Shown: in pieces, positions 26,255 through 30,112 of the stretch | Layout of the letters: each line of letters opens with the position of its first letter | Position numbering within the stretch: position 1 is the stretch's first letter | Position numbers and translations under genes: made by a program | Source of the DNA: an uncultured bacterium | GTDB lineage: Bacteria > Fidelibacterota > Marinisomatia > Marinisomatales > UBA1611 | Assembly: GCA_964399115.1 (NCBI GenBank) | Contig: CAYNPR010000001.1 | Coordinates: 1-30,112, forward strand | Direction: 5' to 3' | DNA: 30,112 nucleotides | Notes under the pieces: generated by a model | Databases searched by the model: none | Told to the model about the DNA's origin: nothing | The model's input: the letters and a program-made list of their open reading frames with translations, nothing else

Positions 26255-27477
26255 TGATAAAATTGACAGGATTTATTGGAATCGTAGTATTGTTGGGAAT
26301 TGCCTATGCCCTATCCAATAACCGTAAAGCCATTAAACCCCGAATCGTTATTTGGGGCATAGGGTTACAGGTTTTTCTTGCCCTTATCATCCTAAAAATT
26401 CCACTGGTCAAATCAAAGTTTTTCTTTATTGATAAATTGTTTAAGAAATTGATCAGTTTTTCTGATGAAGGAAGTGATTTCTTATTTGAATCATTCGTCC
26501 CAGGGGTTGGTTATCATGAAGCCATGATAAATTTTGCATTTCGGGCATTACCTGTGATCATCTTTTTTTCCAGTTTAATTGCGGTTACTTATCACTTCGG
26601 TATTATACAGTTTATCATAAAATGGGTCGCTCGTGTAATGGAAAAAACCCTGAAAACCAGCGGTGCTGAAACATTAAGTGTTTCTGCAAATATTTTTGTG
26701 GGCCAGACAGAAGCGCCCATTTTAATCCGTCCATTCATTAACAACATGACCAATTCGGAATTAACAGCAGTAATGACCGGTGGGTTTGCTACGGTTGCCG
26801 GCTCCGTTTTAGCTCTATATGTTTTATGGCTCAATGCAATCCCCGGGATTGCGGGTCATATGCTGGCTGCCAGTATCATGTCTGCCCCCGCTGCATTGGT
26901 TATGGCCAAAATAATCTATCCCGAGACTGAACAATCGGATACAATCAGTGATCTACACATCAGTATCCAAAAACAAGATGCAAATGCCATGGATGCACTT
27001 GGCAGAGGAGCCACCGACGGATTGAAATTAGCTGCAAATGTGGGGGCTATGCTGGTTGCATTTGTATCTATTATTACCATGATAAATTATACACTAGGTT
27101 ATTTTTTTGATACAACCATGCAGGAAATAATGGGGAGAGGTTTTCAACCTCTAGCTTGGACCATGGGAATTCCCTGGGATGAAGCAAAAATCATGGGCAC
27201 TCTCATGGGTGAAAAAATCGTGTTAACGGAATTAATTGCATATTCAAATCTCGGTGAAATAATTAATAATGGCGAAATATCCGAACGCACAGCAATTATT
27301 GCCAGTTACGCATTGTGCGGTTTTGCTAATTTTGGATCCATTGGGATTCAGTTGGGTGGTATCGGTGGGATGGCTCCAGAAAGAAGAAAAGATCTTTCAA
27401 AACTTGCATTGAAAGCCATGATCGGGGGTGCACTTGCTTCATGGCTGACCGCTACCATAGCTGGAATATTAATATAG
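26254..27477 (+). CDS. nupC: CNT-family nucleoside:cation symporter
   Basis: FAFRALPVIIFFSSL, NIFVGQTEAP, GGFATVAGS, ASIMSAPAA, LCGFANFGSIGI. TGATG overlap gives start 26254. Confidence 0.95.
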   Translation: MIKLTGFIGIVVLLGIAYALSNNRKAIKPRIVIWGIGLQVFLALIILKIPLVKSKFFFIDKLFKKLISFSDEGSDFLFESFVPGVGYHEAMINFAFRALPVIIFFSSLIAVTYHFGIIQFIIKWVARVMEKTLKTSGAETLSVSANIFVGQTEAPILIRPFINNMTNSELTAVMTGGFATVAGSVLALYVLWLNAIPGIAGHMLAASIMSAPAALVMAKIIYPETEQSDTISDLHISIQKQDANAMDALGRGATDGLKLAANVGAMLVAFVSIITMINYTLGYFFDTTMQEIMGRGFQPLAWTMGIPWDEAKIMGTLMGEKIVLTELIAYSNLGEIINNGEISERTAIIASYALCGFANFGSIGIQLGGIGGMAPERRKDLSKLALKAMIGGALASWLTATIAGILI

Positions 27478-27496
27478 ACAAAGAAAGGGTGAAATC

Positions 27497-28057
27497 ATGA
27501 AACTGTTGATCATGGGACCGCCGGGGGTAGGAAAAGGGACCCAAGCAACTCGTATCAAAGATAAACTACATATTGCTCATCTCTCTACCGGAGACATCCT
27601 TCGGGCCGAAATCCAAGCGGAAAGTAAGATCGGGATGGAAGCAAAAACTTATATCGATGCAGGGGAACTGGTTCCGGATAAAACACTGTTGGAAATCATT
27701 CAAAACAGAATCATAAAACCTGATTGTGAAAAGGGATATCTACTGGACGGCTTCCCGCGGACCTTGCCCCAGGCAGAAGGATTGGATAAAATTATGGACT
27801 CCAACAGCCATTCCCTGGATGCTGCCATCAGCCTGACCGCGGATGAGGATGAACTTGTTGAAAGATTGATAAAGCGGAGGCAGGAATCCGGGCGAAGTGA
27901 CGACACGGCGGAAATTATCCGAAACCGGCAAAAAATCTATTGGGAGCAAACTGCGCCATTGTTAGACTTCTACCATGGAAAAGGTATTCTCAAGGTTGTG
28001 GATGGCCTAGGAGAAATCCCCGAGATAACAAAAAGAATATTACAGGTTTTAATCTAA
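27497..28057 (+). CDS. adk: Adenylate kinase, short-LID type
   Basis: GPPGVGKGTQA, HLSTGDILR, GELVPD, LDGFPRT, short LID RRQESGRSDD. Confidence 0.93.
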   Translation: MKLLIMGPPGVGKGTQATRIKDKLHIAHLSTGDILRAEIQAESKIGMEAKTYIDAGELVPDKTLLEIIQNRIIKPDCEKGYLLDGFPRTLPQAEGLDKIMDSNSHSLDAAISLTADEDELVERLIKRRQESGRSDDTAEIIRNRQKIYWEQTAPLLDFYHGKGILKVVDGLGEIPEITKRILQVLI

Positions 28058-28058
28058 C

Positions 28059-28652
28059 ATGCTGAAGATTGGTCTCACCGGCGGTATAGGATCGGGGAAA
28101 AGTTCAGTCAGTGCTTTACTTAAAGAGTGGGGTACTTATATCTTCGATGCAGATACTGTTGCCAAAGATATCCTTGCCAATAATGAAACAGCCCAAAGTG
28201 AAATCATTGCTGAATTCGGGACAGACATTTTAGGCGTAGATGGGAAAATAGACAAAAAAAAACTATCCCGCATCGCCTTTCAGGATGAAGACCATCAGCT
28301 TAGGCTCAACACGATCATTCATCCCTATATATTCCGTGAAATTGATTCTGAATATGATAGAATCCTGGCAAAAGGGAAGCATGATGCTTTTATTGTGGAT
28401 GCAGCTTTGATCTATGAATCCGGAGCAGATACACACATGGATTACATTATTGTAGTAACCTCCCATTTAAAACTCAGAACGGAGCGAGTGCTCAGTCTTG
28501 GAAATCTTTCTCGTGATGAATTTTTCAATCGTATGGAGTTGCAATGGCCCGATGAAACCAAAGTCCATATGGCGGATTTTGTCATTCACAATAACGGAAC
28601 GCCGAAAGATCTCGAAAAGGAAACAAAAATAGTGTTTAAAAAATTGATCTAA
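28059..28652 (+). CDS. coaE: Dephospho-CoA kinase
   Basis: IGLTGGIGSGKS, DAD, LNTIIHP, DAALIYE, ADFVIHNNG. Confidence 0.95.
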   Translation: MLKIGLTGGIGSGKSSVSALLKEWGTYIFDADTVAKDILANNETAQSEIIAEFGTDILGVDGKIDKKKLSRIAFQDEDHQLRLNTIIHPYIFREIDSEYDRILAKGKHDAFIVDAALIYESGADTHMDYIIVVTSHLKLRTERVLSLGNLSRDEFFNRMELQWPDETKVHMADFVIHNNGTPKDLEKETKIVFKKLI

Positions 28653-29159
28653 TCAATCTCTTAATGCCAACGGTTTATCCAGTATTTCTTTTAAAACAAT
28701 TGCCCGTCTCAATGAATTTGGTGATTTATACAACCCGGAAACGAGAGATTCTTTTCTGAATTTTTTTATCCCTTCTTGCGAATCAGTCTTAACTGACAGT
28801 TCAGAATGATAAATCTGTTCATCAAATGCAGCAATCTGCTCATCTATCTGGGTCAGATCACCATCTTGAGAATGGATAGCTTGTTCATCAAATTCTTCCA
28901 CTTCCTCCGTGATATGTTCAAGTTCATCCAAGGCTGATTCTTCCTCATTCTCGAACTCAGGATTTGGTTCAAGTTTTACATCATCACTACCGCCAAACAA
29001 ATCATCCAGTATCTGATCTAATTTTGGTCCCTGGCTTCCAGAAGATGGAGGGGATTCCCAATCCGGTTCAGATTCTATTTTTCTTCTAACCGTTTTCTGT
29101 TGTTTCTTTTTCAGAAAGGCACTAATTATATACACGAGTAAAAGTCCCAACCATTCCAT
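28653..29159 (-). CDS. Acidic membrane-anchored hypothetical protein, YqfB-like position and motif in a floA operon
   Basis: N-terminal TM MEWLGLLLVYIISAF then KKKQQK, an acidic middle, and C-terminal LRRAIVLKEILDKPLALR resembling the tail of genes that follow floA. Start set at ATG 29159. Confidence 0.7.
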   Translation of the reverse strand: MEWLGLLLVYIISAFLKKKQQKTVRRKIESEPDWESPPSSGSQGPKLDQILDDLFGGSDDVKLEPNPEFENEEESALDELEHITEEVEEFDEQAIHSQDGDLTQIDEQIAAFDEQIYHSELSVKTDSQEGIKKFRKESLVSGLYKSPNSLRRAIVLKEILDKPLALRD

Positions 29160-29160
29160 A

Positions 29161-29979
29161 TCAGGCCTCTGGTCTTTCCAATAGAAATATCGAACCGTTG
29201 GAGAATACTTCATTCAACACAGGGATATTCCCAAATGGATTTTTCAGTTTTGGCAACCCAAACCGGAATGAATATGCCGGACGGATGAACCAGTTGCTTT
29301 CCTTTAAAATTGAAAAACCAATAAACTTCACCAGCGATCGCATTTGAGAAATAGAGATGCGGGTCTTCTTCGTAGAAACCAAGTAATTTATCTTTTTCTC
29401 TTCCACGCCGATCAGTTTCAGGTATGCGACATACAACAAATTCGGTAAATGATGTAGATATGGCAATTTTCCCAGAATTTTCGGAATGGTTTGTTGGTGT
29501 CCGGCATAGGCGCAATACTTCGGTGGAAAAGATAAAAACAATTTTCCACCCGGCTTAAGAAGTCCATAAATATTGGACAATGCTGTTTTTTTATCTCCAA
29601 TATGTTCAATTACGTCACGCATCACAATTGTATCAAAAGGATCCGGAGTCTCAAATGCATAGGAATCCGATTTACAAATATTCGCTTGAAACAAATGAAG
29701 AGAATCCGTTGCATTTAATATATGTGCATTGTTAAACCTGACGTTGGATAATTCCAAGCCAGAACAAGTGGCTCCTTTTGATTTGTAAAATTTGAGCAAG
29801 CCTGCTTCGGCACACCCAATTTCCAAAACCCTTTGATCCGAAATGTTCTCATCCCCGATAAAATCAAAGAGAAAATGCTCTCCATACCACTGCTGTTCCC
29901 TATAACACCTTAAACTACGGTGTGAAACTTGATTCCTTATTTCTTCCGGGACGGGGATATCAAATACATTTTGATTCAT
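29161..29979 (-). CDS. Class I SAM-dependent methyltransferase
   Basis: VLEIGCAEAG (motif I), GLELS, FDTIVMRDVIEHI, LLKPGG. Confidence 0.9.
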   Translation of the reverse strand: MNQNVFDIPVPEEIRNQVSHRSLRCYREQQWYGEHFLFDFIGDENISDQRVLEIGCAEAGLLKFYKSKGATCSGLELSNVRFNNAHILNATDSLHLFQANICKSDSYAFETPDPFDTIVMRDVIEHIGDKKTALSNIYGLLKPGGKLFLSFPPKYCAYAGHQQTIPKILGKLPYLHHLPNLLYVAYLKLIGVEEKKINYLVSTKKTRISISQMRSLVKFIGFSILKESNWFIRPAYSFRFGLPKLKNPFGNIPVLNEVFSNGSIFLLERPEA

Positions 29980-29986
29980 TCAAAGA

Positions 29987-30112
29987 TTATTCTTTATGGA
30001 TAGGATTATCATCATCCTTGTCGTCTTCGGTACCTGATTCAGCGATAGAGTCTCTCATACCCGTATCGGCTTTGATATTCTGCAATTTATAATAATCGAA
30101 AATCCCCAGGTT
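29987..30112 (-). CDS. floA: C-terminus of flotillin-like protein FloA (YqfA/UPF0365); 5'-truncated by the window and absent from the ORF track
   Basis: Own translation: [41 protein letters not shown], matching the FloA C-terminal G.MDYY..+NI.ADT.MR.SI motif; TAA at 29989-29987. Confidence 0.85.
   Translation of the reverse strand, partial: NLGIFDYYKLQNIKADTGMRDSIAESGTEDDKDDDNPIHKE

Noticed and set aside
27497-28057. Idea that the short-LID kinase in the pyrimidine salvage operon is a UMP/CMP kinase
   Set aside because: It has STGD (adenine-selecting Thr as in adenylate kinases) rather than the SAGD of UMP/CMP kinases. Short-LID Adk is common in FCB bacteria.
1-30112. tRNA, rRNA, CRISPR arrays, IS elements, integrases
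   Set aside because: No cloverleaf/T-loop context outside CDSs, no regularly spaced repeats and no transposase or recombinase motifs seen. The remaining short track ORFs overlap confident genes and are considered spurious.

Overview
A gene-dense, mostly core-genome bacterial window with about 35 CDSs and no rRNA, tRNA, CRISPR array, integrase or transposase that I can see. A T9SS-type C-terminal sorting domain, small outer-membrane barrels and the overall gene set suggest an FCB-group diderm, possibly Marinimicrobia-like (inference only). In order: the end of a T9SS-CTD protein, DUF971, a probable beta-propeller plus a NPP/alkaline-phosphatase-family enzyme, gpmA, SRAP; a panG-like/panB/panC/coaBC/coaX operon; three cell-envelope genes (repeat plus barrel, AMIN-like plus PEGA, AMIN-like plus PG-binding plus PEGA) downstream of a dNK/degenerate DNA MTase/yqeY/cvpA/dnaG run; a small OMP; a split ORF pair divergent from arsC; a COG2403 P-loop enzyme; another OMP; an M23/rhomboid/cdd/udk/tdk/nupC/adk/coaE operon; and the 3' end of a floA/methyltransferase/yqfB-like operon. 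The strongest unexplained signal is at 17620-18888 (-): two ORFs from the track are in frame and joined by a single UGA in a GHPLGCT-(UGA)-NNG motif, followed by a SECIS-like hairpin. This predicts a 422-aa selenocysteine-containing, thioredoxin-like lipoprotein. Other notable items are a full-length DNA methyltransferase homolog with altered catalytic and SAM-binding motifs, a possible arginine synthetase (ArcE)-type enzyme, and a small beta-barrel family present both stand-alone and fused to a repeat passenger. All motif and similarity calls were made by eye, with no searches run.
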